Of a stretch of 64,000 nt of DNA, positions 19,805-29,958 are shown in pieces (position 1 is the stretch's first letter; each line of letters begins with the position of its first letter). A program made the translations under genes and the position numbers. This stretch comes from an uncultured bacterium. Lineage in GTDB: Bacteria > Zixibacteria > MSB-5A5 > JAABVY01 > JAHJOQ01. The notes under the pieces were generated by a model. That model searched no databases and had not been told where the DNA came from. It worked only from the letters and a program-made list of their open reading frames with translations. The stretch lies in assembly GCA_965369655.1 (NCBI GenBank), contig CBDUQR010000007.1, positions 1 through 64,000 on the forward strand, read 5' to 3'.

Positions 19805-20506
19805 ATGGGGAAATTGACGGCATTGGTTATAGATTATTACGATGGCGAGTCCGCGGCAGGTACTGAGTTTCGCAGACTTCTGAACAACCTGCTCAATAAT
19901 TCCGAGGCGTCGGAGACGGGAAGAGCTATTCTTGTGACCTCTTCGACTACGGGGGAGGGCAAGAGCACTATAGCGTCCAATCTCGTGATTACCGCTGCGA
20001 TCTACAAACAGAAGCGAACCCTGCTCATCGATGCAGACCTCCGCAGGCCGTCGATATATAAACAGTTCGGACTGAATCGCAATGGCGGTCTCACCGATGT
20101 GGTTGAGGGTAGAGCGAAGCTGGAGGATTGCATCAGGCTTACTTCGATACCAAATCTCTCTGTGCTGACTTCAGGCGCTCCGAGTTCCGATCCGACGCGC
20201 CTGTTCCATTCCGACGGCATTCATAGAGTGATTGAAGCCGCCAGGTTTTATTTCGATCTGATCATAATCGACTGCGCGCCTGTGATACCGGTATCAGATT
20301 CTCTCCTGCTCGGGCGGGATACCGACGGGACCCTGATGGTGATTAAGGCGGGAGAGACGCCACGGGAAGTCTGCAAGAGAGCCTGCGATCTTGTCGTAGA
20401 GGCAGGCGCAACTCTTCTCGGCGTGGCATTGAACGATATGAAGGAAGCCCTGCCGTACTATTACAACTACCGCTACTACGGCTACCAGTACCTTCCAAAG
20501 AAATAG
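19805..20506 (+). CDS. CpsD/CapB family bacterial tyrosine kinase
   Basis: TSSTTGEGKST, LLIDADLRRP, IIDCAP, C-terminal Tyr cluster YYYNYRYYGYQY. Confidence 0.93.
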   Translation: MGKLTALVIDYYDGESAAGTEFRRLLNNLLNNSEASETGRAILVTSSTTGEGKSTIASNLVITAAIYKQKRTLLIDADLRRPSIYKQFGLNRNGGLTDVVEGRAKLEDCIRLTSIPNLSVLTSGAPSSDPTRLFHSDGIHRVIEAARFYFDLIIIDCAPVIPVSDSLLLGRDTDGTLMVIKAGETPREVCKRACDLVVEAGATLLGVALNDMKEALPYYYNYRYYGYQYLPKK

Positions 20507-20508
20507 AG

Positions 20509-21363
20509 ATGCTGAATGTCCTGACAGTCGATGTCGAAGACTGGTTTCATGTCCAGGCTTTTGCAGAGTTGTATCCTGTAGAGACCTGGGATTCGCAGCG
20601 CATGCGCATACTGGGAAACGTCATCAAGACGCTCGAAATACTTGACGAGTTCGGAGTGAAAGCGACTTTTTTCGTCCTCGGCTGGGTTGCCCGGAAGCTT
20701 CCGGAAATCGTCACACTGATTGCCGACCGCGGTCACGAGATTGCGTCACACAGTCAGCATCACAGGCTGGTATATGATATGTCGCCGGAAGTATTCAGAG
20801 ACGATCTCAGGCAATCGATCCTGCACATCGAGCAAGCCGCGGATGTCACGGTAAAAGGGTATCGTGCGCCGAGCTTCTCGATTCGCCCTGCCGACGAGTG
20901 GGTGTGGGACATTCTCACCGAATGCGGGATTGAATACGATTCGTCCGTGTTTCCGGTCAGGCACGGCACCTATGGCAATCCATCGGCTCCGCGTTTTGCC
21001 CATGATGTAATATTGAATGACGGCAGGTCGCTGCTCGAAATCCCTCCGGCGACGGTCAGACTTATGGGCGCGAATATTCCGGCGGCTGGCGGCGGTTATC
21101 TCAGGATGTTTCCTTACTGGTTTATCCGCAGATGCATCAGGCGGATCAACAAGGAAGGGCATCCCGCGGTGATGTACTTCCATCCGTGGGAACTGGATCA
21201 CAATCAGGAGCGAGTGCGCGCGTCGATGAAGAGCCGCTTCAGACATTATACGAATCTGAGAACGTTTGAGCATAAACTTCGGAAACTCCTGGGTGAGTTC
21301 GAGTTTACGACTGTAAGCGAGGTATTCATGAAGCGGAATAGTAACGTCGTCTCGGATGCATGA
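20509..21363 (+). CDS. Polysaccharide deacetylase (DUF3473 / PEP-CTERM-locus type)
   Basis: TVDVEDWFH, ATFFVLGW, HEIASH, GYRAPSFS, GGGYLR, YFHPWELD. Confidence 0.9.
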   Translation: MLNVLTVDVEDWFHVQAFAELYPVETWDSQRMRILGNVIKTLEILDEFGVKATFFVLGWVARKLPEIVTLIADRGHEIASHSQHHRLVYDMSPEVFRDDLRQSILHIEQAADVTVKGYRAPSFSIRPADEWVWDILTECGIEYDSSVFPVRHGTYGNPSAPRFAHDVILNDGRSLLEIPPATVRLMGANIPAAGGGYLRMFPYWFIRRCIRRINKEGHPAVMYFHPWELDHNQERVRASMKSRFRHYTNLRTFEHKLRKLLGEFEFTTVSEVFMKRNSNVVSDA

Positions 21364-21410
21364 CCGGCGATGCCGACTGCCGCTAAACTGAGCGATATGA
21401 AGGAATCAGT

Positions 21411-22499
21411 ATGAGTGATAAGAAATCTGTCGTAGCAGTACTGAAGACGTCTCCACAGACGGCTGTCGATGATTATGTGAAACTGGCGGAGATGGCCGGA
21501 CTTGGAAACGCTCTGGATTCCAGCGCGACCACAATCCTGAAGGACAATATATCGTGGCATCTTCCGTTTCCGGGCGCGAATACGGTTCCGTGGCAACTCG
21601 AAGGAGCTATCAGGGCGCTGAAATCGCAGGTCTCAGACGACCTGGTGGCGGTGCATAACGATACCGTTGTCACCAACCCGTACGTCGGCGGGAAACTGCT
21701 GAAGCTCGGAAAGGTTTACGAGAAGTACGGTATCCCGGAAAGATACAACAACGATCCGAAAGACCTCAAGTGGGTGAGATACAAACCGAAAGCCGAGATG
21801 CTGGTCCTGGACAAGATATTTCCTGAAGGCATACGTATTCCTGAGTTTTTCCTCGGCAAGAATATCGTCCACCTTCCGACCGTCAAAACGCATATCTACA
21901 CCACGACAACCGGCTCTATGAAAAATGCTTTCGGCGGCTTGTTGAATACGAAGCGCCATTATACTCACTCGGTCATCCATGAGACTCTGGTCGATCTGCT
22001 GAATATCCAGAAAGAGATTCATCCCGGTATCTTTGCCTTCATGGATGGCACGACCTGCGGCTCGGGGCCGGGACCGCGCACCATGACGCCTCACGTCAAG
22101 AACTACATCCTCGCATCCTCCGACCAGGTCGCGATCGATGCTGTCGCCGCAAAGATGATGGGGTTCGATCCGATGAGCCTGCAGTACATCAGCCTTGCGC
22201 ATGAGCATGGACTTGGCTGCGGCAGAGTAGAGGATATCGAGATTGCCGGGGAGGACGTCTCCGGTGTGAACTTCAGGTTTGAAGTGGGCGACAATACTGC
22301 GTCACGTGTAGGCGACATGTTCTGGTTCTCGCCGCTGAGAGTCTTCCAGAGACTCCTGTTCCACACTCCGATAGTTTACATTTTCGTATTTGCCTCGGCT
22401 ATATACCACGACCGAATCTGGTACCCATCGAAAGGCCGAAAAATCTTCAACGACTGGCTCGAAAACACCGAGTGGGGAGAGCTGTTCAAGACATATTAA
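21411..22499 (+). CDS. DUF362 domain protein
   Basis: LPTVKTH..T.TTGSMKNAFG, DG...GPGP, SSDQVAIDAV. Confidence 0.75.
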   Translation: MSDKKSVVAVLKTSPQTAVDDYVKLAEMAGLGNALDSSATTILKDNISWHLPFPGANTVPWQLEGAIRALKSQVSDDLVAVHNDTVVTNPYVGGKLLKLGKVYEKYGIPERYNNDPKDLKWVRYKPKAEMLVLDKIFPEGIRIPEFFLGKNIVHLPTVKTHIYTTTTGSMKNAFGGLLNTKRHYTHSVIHETLVDLLNIQKEIHPGIFAFMDGTTCGSGPGPRTMTPHVKNYILASSDQVAIDAVAAKMMGFDPMSLQYISLAHEHGLGCGRVEDIEIAGEDVSGVNFRFEVGDNTASRVGDMFWFSPLRVFQRLLFHTPIVYIFVFASAIYHDRIWYPSKGRKIFNDWLENTEWGELFKTY

Positions 22500-22680
22500 G
22501 TACACTCAGCGCGATATGTGAGCCTTAATGTGACTGTTTTAGCCTGTATCGTAATGCCTTGCAGTATATGCTGTTATGGTGCGGCATATACTCGGCAACG
22601 TGTCACCTTTGTCTTATTAATGAAATAATCGATCTCGAAATTCCTTTCCATATGCCAGTATTTGTGTATATTGCACAATC

Positions 22681-23292
22681 ATGAAAACCATTGCCACGCT
22701 TCTTATCATGGTTGTCCTTTTCGGGTCAGCCGGTGCCGAGGAATTCATTCTCAGGCCGACTGCCGAATGCTGTAGCGGAGACACTATCTTCCAGCCGGGC
22801 AGTTGGATGGTTCTTCTCAACGAGCAAGGCGCTGCTGGAAGGGTAAACCTGACTGAGCCGGGACCATTTGCTCTGAATGGAATAGAGAAAGGCAAATACG
22901 ATCTGGTCGGCGGCGTCGAGGGGTACTATCCGATGAAGTTTCTTGATATGGAAATCGGTTCGGACGGCAATTTCGATTATGAACTTGTCAGCGATCTGTT
23001 GCCGTTATCTTCCTCAATCCTCGAAGGACACTTGATCGTCAGATTCAGAAAGTCGATTCAGAACGAGGATATCAGGAAGACGCTAAATGAAATCGGGGTC
23101 GGGGTCCTGCACAGTGATCGTCGGAAGGGCGATTCGGACAAACCTAAGCATAAGATCGACTGGTTCTTCAGCTATGCTCAGGTGCATGTCACATACGACC
23201 GATCCGACAACATCCGTGATTTGATTGAGCGGATTCTCCTCGATCCGGGCGTTATCGAATGTAAGCCGATCGGTTTTGCTTTGAGGAAGTAA
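22681..23292 (+). CDS. Secreted hypothetical protein
   Basis: Signal peptide MKTIATLLIMVVLFGSAGA; 203 aa. Confidence 0.7.
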   Translation: MKTIATLLIMVVLFGSAGAEEFILRPTAECCSGDTIFQPGSWMVLLNEQGAAGRVNLTEPGPFALNGIEKGKYDLVGGVEGYYPMKFLDMEIGSDGNFDYELVSDLLPLSSSILEGHLIVRFRKSIQNEDIRKTLNEIGVGVLHSDRRKGDSDKPKHKIDWFFSYAQVHVTYDRSDNIRDLIERILLDPGVIECKPIGFALRK

Positions 23293-23342
23293 GGAAGCGT
23301 TCGGGGCACGCGTCGAAGAATCCTGGAATACATATTTTACTT

Positions 23343-24896
23343 ATGCGAATCTTTACCGATTGCATCTGTTTCACTCTCTGTATTACGTGCCTTCTTGTTA
23401 CTACAGCTTTTATCTCGCCACTTCGAGCCGTTGAAAAACCGATCGGGGTTACAATCAGGCCTGTGTCGACGTACAGGGCCGACCTGTTCTGGTTCTACCC
23501 GGGCTGCAATGATTCGACGATGTTTTATGATGATGGCAGTTCGGAAGATCCGATGGCAGTTATAGATGATGATCGGGACAACAGGATAGCTGTCAGGTTT
23601 GACTTCTCAAGCGATCCTGCTCTGATCGTCGGTGGATGGCTCTATGTGCTCGAGTACGATCCAGAACCGGACCTTCCCGGAGATCCGACCTCACCTGTTG
23701 AGGTCTCATTGCTCGCGGACATCGACAGCTTGCCGGGCGCCGAGCTGGCAGGACCGGACACAGTCAATGCATCGGGCGCGTTCCACGAAGGTGGCGAGTG
23801 GGTACATACCGACCTGTCTCATCTTTGCGAAGGGGATAACCCGATCTGGCTTCAGGTTCGATGGCCGTCGACGAATCCGTTTGTACCCAAACTTGGCGGG
23901 GACGCAGGCAGTCCCGACTACATGTCCTTTGTAGGATATTCGAGCGACGGTTCCGATGTCTGGTTAGTCATACCCGACTACGACGTTATGCTCAGACTCG
24001 AATTACTGATGAATACCAAAGATGTCCCGATGGCGCCGGAGTCCGCTGTTGTCGACAGCTTCCGCGTATATTCCCGCGACCGTCTCTCGCCGTATCCTGC
24101 GGACGATTGGTATGATACATCGACATCAGGACATATTCTGCATCAGCGAGTAAAGACAGAGAGAATCGACAACTACTACTGTGTCACTGCATGGCTGGAT
24201 GGAGTCGAGAGTGATTGCAGTGAACCCGTACATATAACAGGTGCGAGCGGCCCCTCGGCCCATGTGAGTGTCAAACCGCGAAACGCTGAGATCGCAATTC
24301 GACCAGACGCAGATACTGTAATCTACATTGAATTGAAGAATATGGATGAGACAGCGCTTAACTACGAGTTCGGATTGACGGGACCGGGAAACGGCATTCC
24401 TATTACTCTGATCAATCGTTCAGGTTCACTCGATCCACTCGAAACTGATTCTGTGGGACTTGCGATGTACTCATCGCAGCTCCCGGTTGGTCAGTACTGG
24501 GAGTCTGGATCGATAGACTTTTGGGATGGATCTGAAATCTATCTCCCGGTCGATGTATCGATTCATCTTGTCATCGATGAGAACACTCCGGCAGATGAAA
24601 TCGAGGAGTTGCGTCCGGAGCGATTCACAATGCACCAGAATTTCCCGAATCCATTCAATTCTGAAACTACGATCATCATAGAAGGCGTGACGTCTCTGAA
24701 GACCCCGCAACTTGACATTTTCGACCTGCTGGGCCGTAAGATCAATGAAATATCCCACTTAAACTCCACCCAAAGCACACTTATATTTCAATGGGACGGG
24801 CGTGACCGTTCGGGAGAGCCTTGCCCATCCGGACTGTATTTCTACCGCGTTTCGGAATGCAACGATCAGATGAGGAAAATGCTGCTCCTCAAATAG
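23343..24896 (+). CDS. Secreted protein with FlgD-Ig/T9SS-like C-terminal domain
   Basis: Signal peptide; HQNFPNPFNSET...IFDLLGRKI...WDGRD..G..CPSGLYFYR...KMLLLK. Confidence 0.85.
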   Translation: MRIFTDCICFTLCITCLLVTTAFISPLRAVEKPIGVTIRPVSTYRADLFWFYPGCNDSTMFYDDGSSEDPMAVIDDDRDNRIAVRFDFSSDPALIVGGWLYVLEYDPEPDLPGDPTSPVEVSLLADIDSLPGAELAGPDTVNASGAFHEGGEWVHTDLSHLCEGDNPIWLQVRWPSTNPFVPKLGGDAGSPDYMSFVGYSSDGSDVWLVIPDYDVMLRLELLMNTKDVPMAPESAVVDSFRVYSRDRLSPYPADDWYDTSTSGHILHQRVKTERIDNYYCVTAWLDGVESDCSEPVHITGASGPSAHVSVKPRNAEIAIRPDADTVIYIELKNMDETALNYEFGLTGPGNGIPITLINRSGSLDPLETDSVGLAMYSSQLPVGQYWESGSIDFWDGSEIYLPVDVSIHLVIDENTPADEIEELRPERFTMHQNFPNPFNSETTIIIEGVTSLKTPQLDIFDLLGRKINEISHLNSTQSTLIFQWDGRDRSGEPCPSGLYFYRVSECNDQMRKMLLLK

Positions 24897-25326
24897 AGAC
24901 TCCACGCCTCAAGCTGCTATTTAACGACCTGACAAATCCCGTTTCTACATAGGGGGTTACAAAAAAGTCACTTGACAAACAGATGTGGATCGACTTTATT
25001 ATAGTGACTTCACCGCATTTATTGCCGGTAAGTGACAAACGTATTGACATATGGTAAACGAACGTGGTCTAAGGCATCTTAGATATTGGCCGATCTCACC
25101 CTTATGAGGATTCGGATGAGTGATAGATTCAATTTGGATCAAACAGCATGTGCCTGTGTCGTTTATGCTTCACTTTCTGACAAGGAATATGGATAGATTG
25201 ATAGAAGTTAATCCTTCATTCACCGAAGAGAGGAGGCTCTCGATGAGATTGGTTGGCAATCACGTGGGGGGGTGAGTGTCGTGTTGAACAGGTTTTCGCA
25301 AATCGTATGTGTTGGGAGGAAAAATC

Positions 25327-28300
25327 ATGAAGAAAATGTTTTTTATCGTTCTGCTGCTGATTGTAGGCGCCCTTGTGGTGTTGGCGACAGCAGCTGGAGT
25401 TGACAAACAAGTCGCAACATCGGTTACGGAAGGGTCATCAGCCCAGCCGATGGATTCCCGTGCGGCATGCACGATGAATCATACAAGCCTCACGATTGCA
25501 GGATACTTTGGCAGTTTTACTCCGGGTGAGCTGAACATCAGCTATTTCAACCCTGCGGATTTCTGTGCTGCTCCGATCTACCCATTTGAGATTACAGATT
25601 TTTCGTTTACGCTTTATGATCCGGGTGGATTCGTCTGGCCAGCATCGCTGGATGTTGTCGTTTTTGACGCACCTGATTCCTGCGCAGGGCCCGGAACCGA
25701 ACTGTGTCGGATCATCGGTGTGATGGCTGATGAGATGACTTTCAAGTTCCCGAATGTTGGTACTGTCACATTTCCGACGCCATGTTGTGTGAATGGCCCG
25801 TTCTACATCGGGATTGAATACACTGGCGGCGCTGAAGGATCGATCCCATCGATCTGCTATGATGATACGTCACCGCCGGACACTTGTATCAACTGGTTTT
25901 TCCGTCCCGATGGTGTGTGGTACGAATGGTACGATATCTGGACTCCTCCTACTCCCGGATATCCGATGTTCTGGGTTGACGGAGAGACGGAGTCTGCCAA
26001 TTGCGTTCAGGAGTGCGGTTGGAATCCGGGCGATCCGTACAAAATGCATTTCCCGCAGTTGCCTGATGAAGCAGGCTGGGATGTTAATGCAACTCAGCCA
26101 CTGGTTCTTGCTGATGACTGGATGTGTTCCGAGACAGGATGGGTTAAAGATCTCCATTTCTGGGGTTCGTGGAAAAACGGAATAGAAGGTCAGATTCTTA
26201 CCTTCGTGCTGAGTATCCACTCAGATATTCCCGCTGACCCACCTCAGGTTCCATATAGCAGGCCTGGCGAGACGCTCTGGGAATTATATGTGGAAGATTT
26301 CGACTTCGTTCCGATCGACCCGCCTTCAATGGAAGGATGGTATGATCCGTCGACAGGCGAGGTCATTCCGAACGATCACCAGGCGTATTTCCAGTACAAC
26401 ATCTGTCTTGATGAGGCAGACTGGTTCATGCAGGAACAGGGGACCATCTACTGGGTGAACATCTCGGCGATAGTCGCCGATCCGACAAGCACCCAGTGGG
26501 GTTGGAAATCTACTCTGGATCACTGGAACGACGACGCTGTATGGGCATACTGGGGTGAGCTCAACTGGATTGACCTCTGGGAACCCTACGTGTCCAATCC
26601 GATCACCAACGATTTCTTCGTCGCGATTGACCCGACTGGCACGTTCGTAGGTGGCGGCGGCGGCGGCGCCTATGGTGCCGGATGGTACTTCTATGAGATG
26701 GAAGAATGGTGGAACATCTGGTTCTACGATCATCCATTGGATCCGGAGCGATACAAAGTAGGAACTATCGAATTTGACATACACAAGATGGATCCTGGTT
26801 TGCCGGGTTACTTCGAAATCGCTGTAAACTGGTCAACTGATCTATGGGACCCTGGCGACAGCATACCACCATTACCGCCAGTCGACGAGCTACTCTACAT
26901 TGGGCGTCAGACCCTGTTCGCGAGTGAAATGTACGAAGGTCACTATGTCTTTGACTATGTGATCCCGGATTACAACCCAGAGTGGGTATCTGTCGATGTC
27001 AGGGGATATAACTTCGACATCCCGTTTGGCATTATAACGCACGAATGTGTCGGTCAACAGTCGCTTGATCTGTCGTTCGTGATAACTGGCGGACCTGAAG
27101 TCGAGGTGGAAGCCTGCTGCTTCCCGGATGGTTCCTGTCAGAATCTCACCACGACAGATTGCCAGAATCAGGGCGGATCGCCAATGGGACCGGGCACGCA
27201 GTGCAGCCCAACTGAAGCCTGCTGTCTGCCTGATAACAGTTGTATCGATGCCGACCCACTATGCTGCGCTCTGCTCGGTGGTACGCCGCAGGGTCCGGGC
27301 ACGGCTTGCGTCGGCGCTCTCGAAGCCTGCTGTCTACCTGATGGTAGCTGCACAAATGCCGATCCGATCTGTTGCATCAACGAACTCGGTGGTGTACCTC
27401 AGGGACAGGGCACTGCATGCTCGACTCCGCAACGTTGCTGCTTCCCGGATGGATCGTGTCAGAATGTCGATCCTTTCTGCTGTGATGATCTTGGTGGAAC
27501 ATCATATCCGGGTCTGTGCTCCGCACCGGAGGCCTGCTGTTTGCCTGATGGCACCTGTCAGGATCTCGATCCCTCCTGCTGTGCTGATCTCGGCGGCGAG
27601 CCATCACCGATAGGTGAGCCAGTCTGTCTTGGTGATATCAATGGCAATGGCGTTGACGACGCATGCGAGCTGCAGGGACTCAAGTGGTTCCAGCCACCGG
27701 ATCTTGATCCTACTGGCATGGATGTAAACGCGACTATATCGTTAGTCGTCCTGGCCGACGATTACCTCTGCACGCAGACCGGACCGATCACCGAGATCCA
27801 CATCTGGGGTTCATGGCTGAATGACATGTATCCAATAGGTGATCCCGGAGCCGTGATCTTTACGCTGAGCATCCACAGCGACATTCCGCAGGGACCTGAT
27901 GAATGGAGTATCCCGGGCGATATCCTCTGGATGGGTCAGTTTGAACCCGGCCAGTTCGAGTTCATGTTGCATCAGGGTGGCCTGCTTGAAGGATGGTTCG
28001 ATCCGATTCAGGAATTGTATCTGCCTGAAGGTGATACGGAGTGCTGGGAGTATATCTTCCATCTCGATGCTGAACCCTTCATTCAGCAGGGCACCGAGCA
28101 GGATCCTGTTATCTACTGGCTCGACGTCCAGGCACAACCGCTCGAAGAAGCTTACTTCGGGTGGAAAACATCACTGACTCACTGGAATGACGATGCAGTG
28201 TGGGCTGCTGGATTTGATCCGCCGATGGGTCCGTGGATTGAGTTGCTCTATCCGCCTATGCATCCGTTTGAAGGAATGTCGATAGATCTCGCATTCGCGA

Positions 28301-28563
28301 TCTATGGCTCGGATTGTCCGGCGATGATAGGCGATGCCAACAACTCCGGTTTTATTGATATCGATGATGTGGTCTATTTGATCAACTACATCTTCGGTGG
28401 AGGTCTTCCTCCAGCTCCATACGCGGTTGCATCGGGTGACGCAGATTGCTCATGCTACGTGGATATCGATGATGTGGTTTACTTGATTAACTACATCTTC
28501 GGTGGCGGCCCACCGCCATGTACGTGCGCGCAATGGGTTGCTCTCTGCGGTCCGCTGCATTAG
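25327..28563 (+). CDS. Large secreted protein: duplicated Trp-rich domain, five Cys-rich repeats, C-terminal dockerin-like domain
   Basis: GGAGG RBS; signal peptide; two 'VLADD..C...G....H.WGSW...GWK....HWNDDAVW' domains; five CC.PD..C repeats; two GDA...IDDVVYLINYIFGGG. Confidence 0.85.
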   Translation: MKKMFFIVLLLIVGALVVLATAAGVDKQVATSVTEGSSAQPMDSRAACTMNHTSLTIAGYFGSFTPGELNISYFNPADFCAAPIYPFEITDFSFTLYDPGGFVWPASLDVVVFDAPDSCAGPGTELCRIIGVMADEMTFKFPNVGTVTFPTPCCVNGPFYIGIEYTGGAEGSIPSICYDDTSPPDTCINWFFRPDGVWYEWYDIWTPPTPGYPMFWVDGETESANCVQECGWNPGDPYKMHFPQLPDEAGWDVNATQPLVLADDWMCSETGWVKDLHFWGSWKNGIEGQILTFVLSIHSDIPADPPQVPYSRPGETLWELYVEDFDFVPIDPPSMEGWYDPSTGEVIPNDHQAYFQYNICLDEADWFMQEQGTIYWVNISAIVADPTSTQWGWKSTLDHWNDDAVWAYWGELNWIDLWEPYVSNPITNDFFVAIDPTGTFVGGGGGGAYGAGWYFYEMEEWWNIWFYDHPLDPERYKVGTIEFDIHKMDPGLPGYFEIAVNWSTDLWDPGDSIPPLPPVDELLYIGRQTLFASEMYEGHYVFDYVIPDYNPEWVSVDVRGYNFDIPFGIITHECVGQQSLDLSFVITGGPEVEVEACCFPDGSCQNLTTTDCQNQGGSPMGPGTQCSPTEACCLPDNSCIDADPLCCALLGGTPQGPGTACVGALEACCLPDGSCTNADPICCINELGGVPQGQGTACSTPQRCCFPDGSCQNVDPFCCDDLGGTSYPGLCSAPEACCLPDGTCQDLDPSCCADLGGEPSPIGEPVCLGDINGNGVDDACELQGLKWFQPPDLDPTGMDVNATISLVVLADDYLCTQTGPITEIHIWGSWLNDMYPIGDPGAVIFTLSIHSDIPQGPDEWSIPGDILWMGQFEPGQFEFMLHQGGLLEGWFDPIQELYLPEGDTECWEYIFHLDAEPFIQQGTEQDPVIYWLDVQAQPLEEAYFGWKTSLTHWNDDAVWAAGFDPPMGPWIELLYPPMHPFEGMSIDLAFAIYGSDCPAMIGDANNSGFIDIDDVVYLINYIFGGGLPPAPYAVASGDADCSCYVDIDDVVYLINYIFGGGPPPCTCAQWVALCGPLH

Positions 28564-28584
28564 CAGTTAGTGCCCGCATTCATT

Positions 28585-28616
28585 AGAAAAGCGTCGTCTT
28601 CGGACGGCGCTTTTCT
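28585..28616 (+). terminator. Intrinsic (possibly bidirectional) terminator
   Basis: AGAAAAGCGTCGTC-TTCG-GACGGCGCTTTTCT. Confidence 0.85.
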
Positions 28617-28706
28617 TATATCCGTATGTGCTATTAGAATTCTGTTGCGTTTTATCTGCGGTTGAGTAGATTATCAGAAAAACGGGAGAATCAGGAGGTT
28701 TGCTTA

Positions 28707-29456
28707 ATGTCCGGACATTCAAAATGGGCGACAATTAAGCGCAAGAAGGGCAAGCTTGATGCCCAGCGCGGCAGGATATTCACCAAGCTGATAAAAGAGA
28801 TTACGGTCGCTGCGCGCCAGGGTGGAGGCGATCCGGAAAGCAATGCGAGATTGCGCACGGCTATTGCATCCGCGAAGGCTGCGAATATGCCGCAGGACAA
28901 TATCAAGAAAGCGACTCAGAAAGGCACGGGTGAACTTCCGGGCGTTGCATATGACGAGGTTTCCTACGAAGGCTACGGTCCGGGCGGTGTGGCGATTTTG
29001 ATGGAGGTTATGACCGACAACAAGAATCGCACCGTTGCCGAGGTGAGGCATATTCTGAGCAAGCGTGGCGGGAATCTCGGCGAAACAGGATGCGTGAACT
29101 GGATGTTTGAGAAGAAGGGATTCATACAGGTCGAGACGAGTTCCGCAGACGAGGAGAAGGTCTTCGACATCGCAATCGAGTCCGGCGCGTCGGACATGTC
29201 AACCGAGGGAGATGTCTTCGCTATAACGACCCCGCCGGATGCGTTCGAGCCTGTCCGTTCCGCGATTGAAAAGGCCGACATTCCGGTTGTCCATGCTGAA
29301 GTGACGATGGTTCCGCAGACGACTGTGCAACTCGATGAGAGTAAGGCGTCATCGATGCTGAAGCTGATGGAAGAGCTCGAAGATTATGACGACATCCAGA
29401 ATGTCTATGCCAATTTCGATATTGACGACGAGCTATTGGAGAAGCTGAGTGCCTGA
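28707..29456 (+). CDS. yebC: YebC/PmpR family protein
   Basis: [42 protein letters not shown]. Confidence 0.97.
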   Translation: MSGHSKWATIKRKKGKLDAQRGRIFTKLIKEITVAARQGGGDPESNARLRTAIASAKAANMPQDNIKKATQKGTGELPGVAYDEVSYEGYGPGGVAILMEVMTDNKNRTVAEVRHILSKRGGNLGETGCVNWMFEKKGFIQVETSSADEEKVFDIAIESGASDMSTEGDVFAITTPPDAFEPVRSAIEKADIPVVHAEVTMVPQTTVQLDESKASSMLKLMEELEDYDDIQNVYANFDIDDELLEKLSA

Positions 29457-29958
29457 TGAGGTGCGAATCCTCGGCATAGATCCTGCGCTTTCGACCACTG
29501 GGTATGGCGTCATTACGGCGAAGGACGACACGTTCAGCGTAGTGGACTTGGGCGAGATCAGGACCAGTCGAAAAAATGATCTTGCGTACCGGTTGCACAA
29601 GATATACTCCGGTCTGAAAGAGTGCATTCTCAGGAACCGACCTGATATTGCGGTCCTCGAGGAGGGGTTCTATTCCAAGAATATCAAAATCGCTCTCGGT
29701 CTCGGACAGGCTCGCGGAGCCGCGATGGTCGCGTGCGCAGAATGCGGGATCGAGGTGCGAATGTACGCCGCGCGCGAGATCAAGCAGTCAGTGGTCGGCA
29801 GGGGATCGGCATCAAAAGAACAGGTCGCGTTCATGGTGAAGTCACTCCTCGGTGACAGTGAAGGCATGGACAGCTTTGATATAACCGATGCTTTGGGGGC
29901 TGCGATATGTGCGGCTCTCAGGCTCGATACGGAGCGGGAAGATGTACGACTACGTTAG
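29449..29958 (+). CDS. ruvC: Holliday junction resolvase RuvC
   Basis: ILGIDP...[32 protein letters not shown]. Confidence 0.95.
   Translation: MPDEVRILGIDPALSTTGYGVITAKDDTFSVVDLGEIRTSRKNDLAYRLHKIYSGLKECILRNRPDIAVLEEGFYSKNIKIALGLGQARGAAMVACAECGIEVRMYAAREIKQSVVGRGSASKEQVAFMVKSLLGDSEGMDSFDITDALGAAICAALRLDTEREDVRLR

Noticed and set aside
25040-25170. c-di-GMP-I riboswitch (GGTAAAC...GGTCTAAG)
   Set aside because: The GNRA-capped P2 and the GCAAA/receptor elements are not in the expected arrangement.
27109-27630. CRISPR-like or DGR-like DNA repeats
   Set aside because: These are in-frame protein repeats with synonymous divergence; no reverse transcriptase and no adenine-specific variation.
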